Shown here in pieces: positions 29,958-39,896 of a stretch of 64,000 bases of DNA. The notes under the pieces were generated by a model that saw nothing but the letters and a program-made list of their open reading frames with translations, did no database searches and was not told the DNA's origin. Each line of letters begins with the position of its first letter. Position 1 is the stretch's first letter. Source of the stretch: a bacterium (GTDB lineage Bacteria; Hinthialibacterota; Hinthialibacteria; Hinthialibacterales; Hinthialibacteraceae). Both the position numbers and the translations under genes were made by a program. The stretch spans positions 256,001-320,000 of the forward strand of contig CAXXMV010000002.1 in assembly GCA_963662285.2 (NCBI GenBank), read 5' to 3'.

Positions 29958-32042
29958 ATGAAAAAAATTATGGGTTTGATGATTTCTTTATTGTTTTTGT
30001 TGAATTGCGTAAACGTGATGGGTGACGTGATTACAACCGGAACTTTGATTCGCGAAATGGTTGATTTACAGCGGTTGGGCGATTTTCCCGATCCTTCATA
30101 TAAGACGGTTCAGTTCTCATCTTATGATCATAGAAGCACTCTCCCCGGAGGTCCGGAATGGTTCGCCAATAGCGATGGATTCGGTAAGGAACCGAAAGCG
30201 AATTTTGATGCGGTGATCAAAGAACCCGGATCAGGCGATAAGGGCGAATATCTGATCTGCGATGTTGAGGGGCCGGGCGCCATTGTTCGAGTATGGACTG
30301 CTGCGATAAAAGGCGATATCCGGATGTATTTGGATAATTCCAGGTATCCAGTCTATGATGCTTCGGCGCAGGATTTCTTGCAAAAAACCTATAACCCATA
30401 TCTAGATAAGGCCGGTTTGGATGATAAGCGGTTTGATGGCGCTTTCTTCCAATTAAATGCTGGTTATTATCCGATTCCATTCGCGAAGAAATGCCGCATC
30501 GTCTGGATTGGCAATAAGAAGGATATTCACTTTTATCAGATTCAAATCAGGCTTTATGAGAAAAACGCTGAAGTAAGAACCTTTGCGCCAGAGGATTTAT
30601 CTACTTATAAAAAAGATATCGAAGAAACAATAGATGTCTTGAAGAATCCTGATTTGAATTGGGATTATAAATCGACTGATAAGCCATTCTCTATTTCAAC
30701 AATTGTTAAATCCGGAGAAAATCAAGAGGTTTTGTTTCAGGATGGTCCTAAAGCCATAGAGCGTTTGGCGTTACGCGTAAAAGCCGGAAATATCGATAAG
30801 GCCTTGAGACAGACCATTTTACATATACATTTTGATGAATATCCCTGGGGGCAGGTGCAATCTCCAATCGGTGATTTTTTCGGCGTTGCTCCGGGTATCA
30901 ATCCTTATGATTCCGTTCCCTTTAGCGTAAAAAACGATGGCGAGATGATCTGCCGGTTTGTAATGCCTTTTAAGAGTAATGTCCGGATTATGTTGGAGAA
31001 CAAGGGTAAACAGCCCGTCTCGGTTTCGGGATCAGTGCAATTGATGGATTATGATTGGGACGATGATGCTTCCATGCATTTCCGTGCGCGGTGGCGGGTG
31101 GATCATGATCTGGTAGCATCGAATGACCGGGTTCAGGACCTTCCGTTTCTGATTGCGAATGGAAAAGGGGTATATGTCGGAACAGCTTCTTATCTTCTGA
31201 ATCCTAACGATGTGCCATCATCTTATGGCAACTGGTGGGGTGAAGGCGACGAGAAGATTTTTGTGGATGATGATTTCAGGCCATCGACATTCGGGACCGG
31301 TTCAGAAGATTATTATAATTACGCCTGGTCATCAGGTGATATTTTTACTTATCCCTACTTCGCTCAACCGAGAAATGATGGGCCCGCCAATCGCGGTTTC
31401 GTTACCAATAACCGGTGGCATATTGTTGATCCTCTGCCATTTCAATACCGCTTGAGTTTCTATATGGAACTTTTTAGCCACGAAACCACTCCAGGCGTGT
31501 CATACGCCAGGATGTCATATCATTATGGAAAACCGGGGATGATGGATGATCATCTTCCTATCACAGGCGAAGACGTGCGTCATTTGATTCTGCCCGAAAA
31601 TTGGGCGCCTGCATCCCGTATGGGAGCGGGAAACTCGGTCTTCTATGCAGCAGAGACTTTGTTGAAATCCTCCAAAGATATTGATTTTGTATATGATAAC
31701 CTTTGGCAAGGCGGAGCTTTGATGGTTTGGCGGCCTGGGGAGAAAGGCCAAGTGTTGGATATGAAATTTTCAGTTGAAGAAGATGGGAATTATACTATCC
31801 GGCTGGTCTGCGCCCGTACGCCAAAATCGGGGCTATTCTCGGTCAAACTTGATGATGCATCGCTTGATTTAGGGGGTAATGTCGATCTTTTTGATCCTTA
31901 TCGCATTCTTCTGCGACCAATAAGATCAAAAAAGGTTGAACTCAATAAAGGTGATCATACGCTAAGCCTTCAATTTGAAGGGAAAAACGGTTCAAGTCAT
32001 GGTAATGAGATTGGCATCGACTTTCTGTGGCTGCAGAAATAG
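29958..32042 (+). CDS. Secreted GH172/DUF2961 glycoside hydrolase, long form with C-terminal beta-sandwich
   Basis: QFSSYD, GPGAI.R.W, P.GDFFG, WWGEGDE, FGTGSEDYY. Confidence 0.88.
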   Translation: MKKIMGLMISLLFLLNCVNVMGDVITTGTLIREMVDLQRLGDFPDPSYKTVQFSSYDHRSTLPGGPEWFANSDGFGKEPKANFDAVIKEPGSGDKGEYLICDVEGPGAIVRVWTAAIKGDIRMYLDNSRYPVYDASAQDFLQKTYNPYLDKAGLDDKRFDGAFFQLNAGYYPIPFAKKCRIVWIGNKKDIHFYQIQIRLYEKNAEVRTFAPEDLSTYKKDIEETIDVLKNPDLNWDYKSTDKPFSISTIVKSGENQEVLFQDGPKAIERLALRVKAGNIDKALRQTILHIHFDEYPWGQVQSPIGDFFGVAPGINPYDSVPFSVKNDGEMICRFVMPFKSNVRIMLENKGKQPVSVSGSVQLMDYDWDDDASMHFRARWRVDHDLVASNDRVQDLPFLIANGKGVYVGTASYLLNPNDVPSSYGNWWGEGDEKIFVDDDFRPSTFGTGSEDYYNYAWSSGDIFTYPYFAQPRNDGPANRGFVTNNRWHIVDPLPFQYRLSFYMELFSHETTPGVSYARMSYHYGKPGMMDDHLPITGEDVRHLILPENWAPASRMGAGNSVFYAAETLLKSSKDIDFVYDNLWQGGALMVWRPGEKGQVLDMKFSVEEDGNYTIRLVCARTPKSGLFSVKLDDASLDLGGNVDLFDPYRILLRPIRSKKVELNKGDHTLSLQFEGKNGSSHGNEIGIDFLWLQK

Positions 32043-32835
32043 CGGTGGATTGTTGCGAATGATTTTTAAAAGCACTTGATTTTTGATGGAGCGCGGTGTT
32101 ATCATTACTGTAATTTTAGATATCTTGTGAATGCTATTTTGGGTGGTTCGGGAGTTTTTGTTTAAGGTAAGATTGTTTCATAAAGTGAAATAATTAAGCG
32201 TACTATGGTTGATTTTCCTCACTAGTCGAGATGATTTTCGATAATATTGTTTTGTGTATATTTCCCGAAAAGGAGATTATTCCACTTTGAATTAAATAAT
32301 CCGATAGTTAGACTATATTTTGTGTTTTAACATAAGGCGTATAAATATATTCTGCATAAGTGATTGTAATTCAATACTTTTTTAGCAGTATTTAATTATT
32401 TTTCCTTTGACTAAAGGATATTTAACATTTTTCGTAGTTGTGATAATGATGATTGGAATCAGATCAAAAAGCAAAATAGGTCATTGATTTTTTTAGGAAT
32501 ATATGGTTCAATGTTTTGTAGTTATGCAGATTAACATAAAACAAATGCTCTAAGGTTTGGAATTTTTATAAATTATTAATTTGAATTCGGTTGCGGTTGA
32601 GGGAAGTTTTTGAAATCAGCTAAGCATTGCATCTCGTGGAGAAAATTGAATTTTTCTTCTGCTAGGATTGATTGGTATATCATAGCAGCAAGCGAAGTTG
32701 CTCGATTATAGTATGAGCCTTTTCGATAATGAATTCCTTTCTCCCGCCGCATTCCATATCGGGATCCAAATCAGGTTTTCCGTGAAAAGCGGTCGTACGA
32801 TTTGGGATGGTAAAGGATAAGGGAGAAAACCACCG

Positions 32836-33639
32836 ATGAATCAAGTGGCTGCACCTACAAATACAACGGCGATGATATTAGAAACTGCCAAAAAAGAAGA
32901 CAAGGGTTTCATTCATCCTTCAGTGTGCATTGATCCAAGCGTACAACTTGGAGAAGGCGTGATATTGCACGCGAATGTAGTCATTGAACGAGCTGTACGT
33001 ATTGGCGCCAATGCAGAGATTCATGTTGGTTGTTATATTGGAGAAGATTGCGTAATAGGTGAGAATACTGTTTTGTATACGTCAGTAACCTTGCGTGAAA
33101 AGACCAGGATTGGCGCACGGGTAAAGATTGCTGCGGGAGCGGTTATAGGCAGCGATGGTTTCGGGTATGTGAAGCAGGAAGATGGCGTTAATTTTAAGGT
33201 TCCCCAAGTTGGTTATGTAATTATAGAGGATGATGTTTGCATTGGTTCAAACACAACAATTGATAGAGCTACGTTAGGTAAAACGACTATAAGCAAAGGC
33301 GCTATAATCGGAAATCTGGTTCAAGTCGGTCATAATGTATGCGTCGGTGAGAATTCGAGGATTGGAGACAGCGTCGGTGTTTGCGGGAGTTGTAAGATAG
33401 GGAGTCATGTTTCAATCGGGCAAGGCGTAGGCATGGTTGGTCATATTCGTATTGGCGATCATGCGGAAGTGGCGAGCGGTTCAGGCATCAGCAAAGATGT
33501 TGCGGATGGCGTGAAGATGCAAGGCGTACCTGCAATGGATGAAGAGACCTATGAAAAGTTTTATTCATACCTGTCAAAAATGCCGGAATTCGTTTCCCGC
33601 CTTAAGGATATAGAAGACAAAATTAAGTCTAAAGGATAG
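32836..33639 (+). CDS. lpxD: UDP-3-O-acylglucosamine N-acyltransferase-like hexapeptide protein (N-terminally short LpxD)
   Basis: Hexapeptide repeats, [34 protein letters not shown]; in-frame TAA at 32818 prevents extension. Confidence 0.8.
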   Translation: MNQVAAPTNTTAMILETAKKEDKGFIHPSVCIDPSVQLGEGVILHANVVIERAVRIGANAEIHVGCYIGEDCVIGENTVLYTSVTLREKTRIGARVKIAAGAVIGSDGFGYVKQEDGVNFKVPQVGYVIIEDDVCIGSNTTIDRATLGKTTISKGAIIGNLVQVGHNVCVGENSRIGDSVGVCGSCKIGSHVSIGQGVGMVGHIRIGDHAEVASGSGISKDVADGVKMQGVPAMDEETYEKFYSYLSKMPEFVSRLKDIEDKIKSKG

Positions 33640-33853
33640 GTTTTTATTATTATTAGATTTTTTTATGAAACCTGAAAAAGAATTTATTCATAACTTATTT
33701 TTTGCTTCCTTCCGCTTTATCTCTTTAAACCTTTACAATATCTATATAAAAGGCTTTATTCAAATTTACTAACAATAAATCGAATTATGATTAGATTTCA
33801 GATAGATTATCAGTTTTACCTTTAATTAAAAAATATTTCACTAGAGGAGTATT

Positions 33854-34993
33854 ATGGTTCAGGAACGTATTGTAACGTCAGAATCCGTAACGGAAGGACA
33901 TCCAGACAAAATCGCAGATCAGATATCAGATGGAATTCTGGATGCTATCTATGAACAAGACCCGAATGGCCGCGTCGCCTGTGAAACTTTGGTGACGACA
34001 GGTTTGATCCTAATCGCAGGAGAAATAACTACTACTGCCAATATTGAATATTCGAAAATCGCTCGTTCTGTGGTAAATGATATTGGTTATAACAATGCTG
34101 ATTATGGCTTCGATTGCAATACCTGCGCTGTAATGGTTACGCTTGACCGCCAGTCGCCTGATATCTCGCAAGGCGTTGATGAAGGCGAAGGGCACGAACA
34201 AGGCGCTGGCGATCAGGGTATGATGTATGGCTATGCGACCAATGAAAATGATTCTTATATGCCAATGCCAATTACTTTGGCGCATAAATTGACCATGCGT
34301 TTATCTGAAGTGCGTAAATCCGGCGTCTTGCCTTGGGTTCGCTCGGATGGAAAATCGCAAGTCAGCGTTGTTTATGAGGATGGCAAAGTCAAACAAGTTG
34401 ATGCGGTTGTAATTTCAACGCAACATGCTCCGGAAATTTCTCAACAAGAGATTACCGATTCGATTACTGAAGAAGTTATCAAAAAAATCATTCCAGAAAA
34501 TCTTATGCATAGCGGAACCAAGCTGCATATTAATCCAACCGGGCGTTTTGTGGTTGGCGGCCCGATGGGCGACTGTGGTTTGACTGGCCGTAAGATTATC
34601 GTTGATACATATGGCGGCGTTGGACGTCATGGCGGGGGCGCTTTCTCAGGTAAAGATCCATCCAAAGTAGACCGTAGCGCTGCTTATGCTGCGCGTCATG
34701 TTGCTAAGAATGTAGTTGCAGCAGGTTTGGCTGATCGTTGTGAAGTTCAATTGGCCTATGCCATTGGCGTGGCTAATCCGGTGTCGATTGACGTGGATAC
34801 TTTTGGCACGGCCAAAATTCCGGAAGAGCAGATTTCTCAGAAAGTTAAAGATGTTTTCGACCTGCGTCCTTCAGCCATTATCCAGCGCTTGGATCTGCGT
34901 CGCCCGATTTATCGCGCAACGGCTGCTTATGGTCATTTCGGTCGTCCCGAATTCCCGTGGGAAAAATTGGATTATGTTGATAAACTAAAATAA
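33854..34993 (+). CDS. metK: S-adenosylmethionine synthetase
   Basis: [39 protein letters not shown]. Confidence 0.99.
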   Translation: MVQERIVTSESVTEGHPDKIADQISDGILDAIYEQDPNGRVACETLVTTGLILIAGEITTTANIEYSKIARSVVNDIGYNNADYGFDCNTCAVMVTLDRQSPDISQGVDEGEGHEQGAGDQGMMYGYATNENDSYMPMPITLAHKLTMRLSEVRKSGVLPWVRSDGKSQVSVVYEDGKVKQVDAVVISTQHAPEISQQEITDSITEEVIKKIIPENLMHSGTKLHINPTGRFVVGGPMGDCGLTGRKIIVDTYGGVGRHGGGAFSGKDPSKVDRSAAYAARHVAKNVVAAGLADRCEVQLAYAIGVANPVSIDVDTFGTAKIPEEQISQKVKDVFDLRPSAIIQRLDLRRPIYRATAAYGHFGRPEFPWEKLDYVDKLK

Positions 34994-35041
34994 TGGATTC
35001 ATTTATGTTTTTGATGAATCTATCAAATTGATACTATTATT

Positions 35042-35069
35042 ACAAAGCCCCTGCTCAGGGGCTTTGTTT
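35042..35069 (+). terminator. Intrinsic terminator after metK
   Basis: ACAAAGCCCCTG-CT-CAGGGGCTTTGT followed by TT. Confidence 0.85.
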
Positions 35070-35218
35070 GTATTGAAAATCAGGGAATTTTTGTCTGGAT
35101 TACTTGCATAATATTTTTATATACGAAATTTCTACATCTACGTTATTTGATTCAACGACTCCTTTATTGAATTAAATGCAATAAGAGATAACCTTTTAAT
35201 ATAATCAAAGGTGAGGCT

Positions 35219-35944
35219 ATGCGTCTCCAGGAACTTGGTAAGAGAATTCGTACGCAACGTGAAAAGTTAGGACTGAAACAGATTGATCTGGCGCATGCGC
35301 TCCAAGTCAGTCCTCAAGCGGTCTCTAAATGGGAGCGTGCGGAAAATGGACCGGATATAACCATTCTTGGTGAACTAGCTAAATTGCTGGGCGTTTCAAC
35401 CGATTGGCTGTTGGGGCTTCATGCCGAAGATAAAGAAGTATTTGAAGCGACTGTTTTTGCCTCCAGTATTAGAGGCGCCTATAAAAAATCCCGGAAAATG
35501 GAACCGGGTGGTTTTGCGTTGTGGGCTAATGGCTTATTTTTTTCTATTACGGAATCTGTTTTGCGATTTGATGCAGTGCCCATCAAATGTATGGGAGATC
35601 AGTTTCTATGCTTTTTTTCCGGTTCAATGCATCAGGAACGGGCAATTCAAGCCACCCGTTTAACCAAAGAAATGATCGCTGAAGATTTGATAGTGGGATT
35701 GAGCTGCGGAGAGATTTTTCTCGGTTCAGTGGGACATCCTGATTATGCTCATCCAGACATTATGGGAGAAATAGTAAATCTTGCTTTTCTAACCATGGGA
35801 TGGGCTGAAACCAATACGCAAACGCATGTCGCTGTTACCAAGGATGTTATCAGCAGTATTGAGGATGTAGAAATAGGCGAAACGGAATCAGCCATATTCA
35901 AAGGCATTGAAAGTTCTGTTGAAGTGTGTGAGCTTTTGTTCTAG
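35219..35944 (+). CDS. XRE-family HTH regulator fused to a degenerate class III nucleotide-cyclase-like domain
   Basis: R..LGLKQ.DLA..L.VSPQAVSKWE...PDI..L..LA.LLGVS.D.LLG, then IK.MGD..LC.F, GLSCGE...G.VG, DIMGE.VNLA. Confidence 0.8.
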   Translation: MRLQELGKRIRTQREKLGLKQIDLAHALQVSPQAVSKWERAENGPDITILGELAKLLGVSTDWLLGLHAEDKEVFEATVFASSIRGAYKKSRKMEPGGFALWANGLFFSITESVLRFDAVPIKCMGDQFLCFFSGSMHQERAIQATRLTKEMIAEDLIVGLSCGEIFLGSVGHPDYAHPDIMGEIVNLAFLTMGWAETNTQTHVAVTKDVISSIEDVEIGETESAIFKGIESSVEVCELLF

Positions 35945-36005
35945 AAATATTCCATAAATTTGATTACAAAATTATATTAATTAACTTATGAAAGAGGTAA
36001 ATGTA

Positions 36006-37466
36006 ATGAGTCAAGATGCAAAGAAAACAGGGATTGATTTATCCACGATTAAATTACCCGATTATTCAGGTCTACCATATAAGGTTGCTGATTTGGAACT
36101 GGCTGATTTCGGGCGTAGAGAATTAGATATTGCTGAAGAAGAAATGCCGGGTTTGGTGTCATCGAGAAAAAAATATGGCGTTGAGAAGCCTTTATCCGGG
36201 GCGCGGATTACGGGTTCGCTCCACATGACCATTCAAACGGCTGTTTTGATTGAAACATTGAAAGAACTGGGCGCTGATGTTCGCTGGGCGACATGCAATA
36301 TCTTCTCAACTCAGGATCACGCCGCTGCGGCGATTGCCAAAACTGGAACGCCGGTATACGCCTGGAAAGGTGAATCGCTGGAAGACTATTGGGAATGCAC
36401 CTTGCAAGCGCTGTCTTTTCCCGGTGGGAAAGGGCCTGAGATGATAGTCGATGATGGCGGCGATGCTACGTTGCTGATTCACCGGGGATATCAGGCTGAA
36501 GAGGATTCTTCTATTCTGGATGTACCTACCGATGTACGTGAACTAGCTATAATCAACGCTCTTCTGAAACGTGAATTGCAGAAGAATCCTAATCGCTGGC
36601 ATGATGTTGTTAAAGAAATGCGCGGCGTGTCGGAAGAAACCACTACCGGCGTTCATCGTCTCTATGAGATGATGGAGAACAAGAAACTTCTCTTCCCTGC
36701 TATTAATGTTAATGATTCGGTTACTAAATCGAAATTTGATAACCTATATGGATGCCGTGAATCTCTGGCTGATGGAATTAAAAGAGCCACAGATGTCATG
36801 GTTGCGGGCAAGATTGTCTGCGTATGCGGTTATGGAGATGTCGGTAAGGGCTGCGCTCAGTCAATGCGTGGATTCGGCGCCCGTGTCTTGGTTACCGAAA
36901 TTGATCCGATATGCGCTCTGCAAGCCGCAATGGAAGGTTTTGAAGTTACTACTTTGGAAGATGCGCTTAGCGAAGCCAATATTTTCGTCACCACTACCGG
37001 CAACTGCGATATCATCCGAGTCGAGCATATGGAGAAGATGCTGGATCAGGCCATTGTCTGCAACATCGGTCACTTTGATAATGAAATCCAGGTTGATAAG
37101 CTGAATAATTATCCCGGCATAAAAATGTTGACTATCAAACCTCAGGTGGATAAATATACTTTCCCGACGGGGAATTCCATCTTCATGCTGGCGGAAGGCC
37201 GTCTGGTAAACCTTGGTTGCGCTACGGGGCATCCATCATTCGTTATGTCTAACTCATTCACCAATCAGGTATTAGCGCAGATCGATCTATGGAAAGATCC
37301 CAAAGAGATCGGCGTTTACCGTTTATCCAAGAAATTGGATGAAGAAGTCGCCCGTCTACACCTGGCGAAATTGGGCGTTAAAATGACGAAATTAACCCAG
37401 GCTCAGGCCGATTATATCGGAGTCCCGGTTGAAGGTCCCTACAAGCCAGAGCATTACCGGTATTAA
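36006..37466 (+). CDS. ahcY: Adenosylhomocysteinase
   Basis: [61 protein letters not shown]. Confidence 0.99.
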   Translation: MSQDAKKTGIDLSTIKLPDYSGLPYKVADLELADFGRRELDIAEEEMPGLVSSRKKYGVEKPLSGARITGSLHMTIQTAVLIETLKELGADVRWATCNIFSTQDHAAAAIAKTGTPVYAWKGESLEDYWECTLQALSFPGGKGPEMIVDDGGDATLLIHRGYQAEEDSSILDVPTDVRELAIINALLKRELQKNPNRWHDVVKEMRGVSEETTTGVHRLYEMMENKKLLFPAINVNDSVTKSKFDNLYGCRESLADGIKRATDVMVAGKIVCVCGYGDVGKGCAQSMRGFGARVLVTEIDPICALQAAMEGFEVTTLEDALSEANIFVTTTGNCDIIRVEHMEKMLDQAIVCNIGHFDNEIQVDKLNNYPGIKMLTIKPQVDKYTFPTGNSIFMLAEGRLVNLGCATGHPSFVMSNSFTNQVLAQIDLWKDPKEIGVYRLSKKLDEEVARLHLAKLGVKMTKLTQAQADYIGVPVEGPYKPEHYRY

Positions 37467-37499
37467 TTTTGTTGCGGAATAGATAATTGAGTGATTATC

Positions 37500-37533
37500 A
37501 AGGGGCTGCGCTTAACCGTGCAGCCTCTTTTTT
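37500..37533 (+). terminator. Intrinsic terminator after ahcY, overlapping the stop of the convergent gene
   Basis: AAGGGGCTGCG...TGCAGCCTCTT followed by T run. Confidence 0.7.
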
Positions 37534-38288
37534 GTTGGATCAGTGAAGGTGCATGGGACGCCGACCAGGCATTTTCCGCATACGTCCGTGGTTCCGAATT
37601 GCGTCAATCGCGCATTGTTATCAAGGCACATTTCATGACAGCGGAAGCGGTCGAATTGCATATCAGTGAAGGCGTGGTTGACGCATCTCTCCATACATTT
37701 TTTACATGACTGGTCGAATTTATAGAGACAATGTTCATGATCCGGCCTGGATGACGGGCTGATCTCTGCGGTTGTTATCATGCTACCCAGTCTTCCACCG
37801 CACCCTTCTTCTGTGATCAACATATTATTCATGCCGAAAGTTCCTAGGCCAGAGATATAGGCGATATGTCTATGTGACCAGTCGCTGATCAACTTTTCCT
37901 CATCAAAATTATGGGTTGCCGGAATGACCTTTGATTGATGGCCGTGTTGGAGCATAAAATTATTCAGATGGTTGCTTAAATCCATAATTAACTGATTCGT
38001 AATAATATACGATTCGGCCCATAGGTCAGAGCAATCCTTATTTTTGATATTGCTACTGGTAATTTCTTTAATAAATGGAATAAAGAATGCGATAACGGTT
38101 TTTGCGTTTTGCAGAAGGTCATTTGGATGAGCATGGGATGGAGAGACTACGGTTTTCAATTCATTGAAGAGTGGATCGTTGGCATCGGCGTAGCCGACTA
38201 ATGGAGTTCTCCAATAATTTTCTATTCCATTTTGTATGGAGTAATTACTAATATATTTTTGAATTTCTTCGGTTATTAATGTCTTCAT
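37512..38288 (-). CDS. Epoxyqueuosine reductase (QueG)-like Fe-S protein
   Basis: WSHRH.A...GLG.FG.NN.LIT..G..GRLGS, C..C...C.V and CGKC..GVPC clusters. Confidence 0.8.
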   Translation of the reverse strand: MKTLITEEIQKYISNYSIQNGIENYWRTPLVGYADANDPLFNELKTVVSPSHAHPNDLLQNAKTVIAFFIPFIKEITSSNIKNKDCSDLWAESYIITNQLIMDLSNHLNNFMLQHGHQSKVIPATHNFDEEKLISDWSHRHIAYISGLGTFGMNNMLITEEGCGGRLGSMITTAEISPSSRPDHEHCLYKFDQSCKKCMERCVNHAFTDMQFDRFRCHEMCLDNNARLTQFGTTDVCGKCLVGVPCTFTDPTKKRLHG

Positions 38289-38471
38289 GGTTATAGATTC
38301 ATATTAGATTATTAATTTTCACATAGTTTATCTTTTAAGAAGAGAAAGTTGAACCTATAGATAGAACTGAATTACCTCTCTGCACTTGATTTTATAAGGT
38401 AGTCTATGTCATTGTTTAGGCGTCTTTTAATTTGCATTCAAGATAATAATTCCAATGGAGGAAGATTCTCG

Positions 38472-39677
38472 ATGAATATTAAAAAAATAGTATTTCGAAT
38501 GAAATATCGAATATTAGCAGCTCTAACTGTTTGTTGTTTTTCATCTACGGTAATTGCCGAGAGTCCGGCGGGAATGCTGGATAGCCTCTCGAAGAAACGG
38601 GACGCCGTTACCAAGCGCATTTCCAGCTTCGACCAGACGGGCGGCAATAGCGATAGGATTGGCATCGAACCGGGCGCCACGGCGGTTATCGCTCAAATTG
38701 ATAAGCCCGGCATCATTAAACATATCTGGATGACAATAGCTCATTCAGATAAAAACTACCGCCGTATGATGGTTTTACGCATGTACTGGGATGATGAAAA
38801 AGAACCGAGCGTCGAAGCGCCGATAGGCGACTTTTTTGGTCAGGGATGGGGAGAAGAGTATCTCTATAATACGCTGCCATTGGCTGCTGGACCTACCAAT
38901 GGCCGTGGATTGAACTGTTATTTTCCTATGCCTTTTTCCAAACGGGCGCGGATCGAAGTCGTTAATCAATCAGAGAAAAAATGCAACTCGCTCTATTTTT
39001 ATATTGATTATGAGGAACATAAAAAAATATCGAAGGATCAATTACGCTTTCATGCCTGGTATAATCAGGAACTTACTGAACCAATGAAAGGCGATGAGAA
39101 CGAATGGAACGCTCTGCGCAGCCCGGCTGATGAGAATCCTACTGATGAAGATAATTACCTGATAATCGACGCTGAGGGCGAGGGGCATTATGTCGGCGTG
39201 AATTATTACGTCAGTTGCCCTTCTCCGATGTGGTATGGCGAGGGCGATGATATGTGGAATATTGATGGCGAGAAATGGCCCTTTTCGCTGCATGGAACAG
39301 GGACGGAGGATTATTTCAATTCATCCTGGTGTCCCAAGGAAGTATTTATGCATCCATTTTTCGGGTATCCCCGCGTGAATCATCAAGAGGGATGGATGGG
39401 GCGGACTCACTGTTACCGCTTCCATATTCAAGAACCCATTATATTCAAGAAATCATTACGCGGCTCCATAGAACATGGCCATGCCAATAGCATGACTGAA
39501 GAAATCGCCACGGTGGCTTATTGGTATCAGAAAGAACCGCATAAAACGTTTCCTGCTCTGGCGGCAGCAAAGGACCGGCTGCCCCGTTCAGGGATTGGCG
39601 TTTCTGAGATTCATCGCTGGAGAGACGCCTGGAGAGAAAAACAAGGCGGAGGCGTTTTGTGGGGGAATGAGCGGTAA
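38472..39677 (+). CDS. Secreted GH172/DUF2961 glycoside hydrolase, short form
   Basis: SSFD.TGGN.D, PG.I.HIW.T, LRMYWD.E..PSVE.P.GDFFG, WYGEGDD, GTGTEDYFN, IEHGHAN. Confidence 0.9.
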   Translation: MNIKKIVFRMKYRILAALTVCCFSSTVIAESPAGMLDSLSKKRDAVTKRISSFDQTGGNSDRIGIEPGATAVIAQIDKPGIIKHIWMTIAHSDKNYRRMMVLRMYWDDEKEPSVEAPIGDFFGQGWGEEYLYNTLPLAAGPTNGRGLNCYFPMPFSKRARIEVVNQSEKKCNSLYFYIDYEEHKKISKDQLRFHAWYNQELTEPMKGDENEWNALRSPADENPTDEDNYLIIDAEGEGHYVGVNYYVSCPSPMWYGEGDDMWNIDGEKWPFSLHGTGTEDYFNSSWCPKEVFMHPFFGYPRVNHQEGWMGRTHCYRFHIQEPIIFKKSLRGSIEHGHANSMTEEIATVAYWYQKEPHKTFPALAAAKDRLPRSGIGVSEIHRWRDAWREKQGGGVLWGNER

Positions 39678-39837
39678 AACATTATCGGATTTGGTTTCAT
39701 TGTTGCATTGTTACATAAAAATAGAGAGTAAATAATGAATAGGGATTAGCGTAAGTGATTGTTTTTATGTTGTTTAAGGCATGGCCTGATTATTAAGTAT
39801 TGGATAAATCAATTGCTGAGTTACATAACCGTTACAT

Positions 39838-39886
39838 AAGATGTACGCTCTAATGAACAAATACTATGCGTTAGAGCGTACATCTT
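39838..39886. terminator. Perfect 16-bp inverted repeat between convergent genes
   Basis: AAGATGTACGCTCTAA-N17-TTAGAGCGTACATCTT. Confidence 0.65.
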
Positions 39887-39896
39887 TTAATATCTC

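Noticed and set aside
32673-32687. Sigma54 promoter upstream of lpxD
   Set aside because: GG-to-GC spacing is 9 nt rather than the required 10.
33640-33853. SAM riboswitch upstream of metK (and SAH riboswitch upstream of ahcY)
   Set aside because: Regions are very AT-rich with none of the conserved SAM-I/II or SAH elements.
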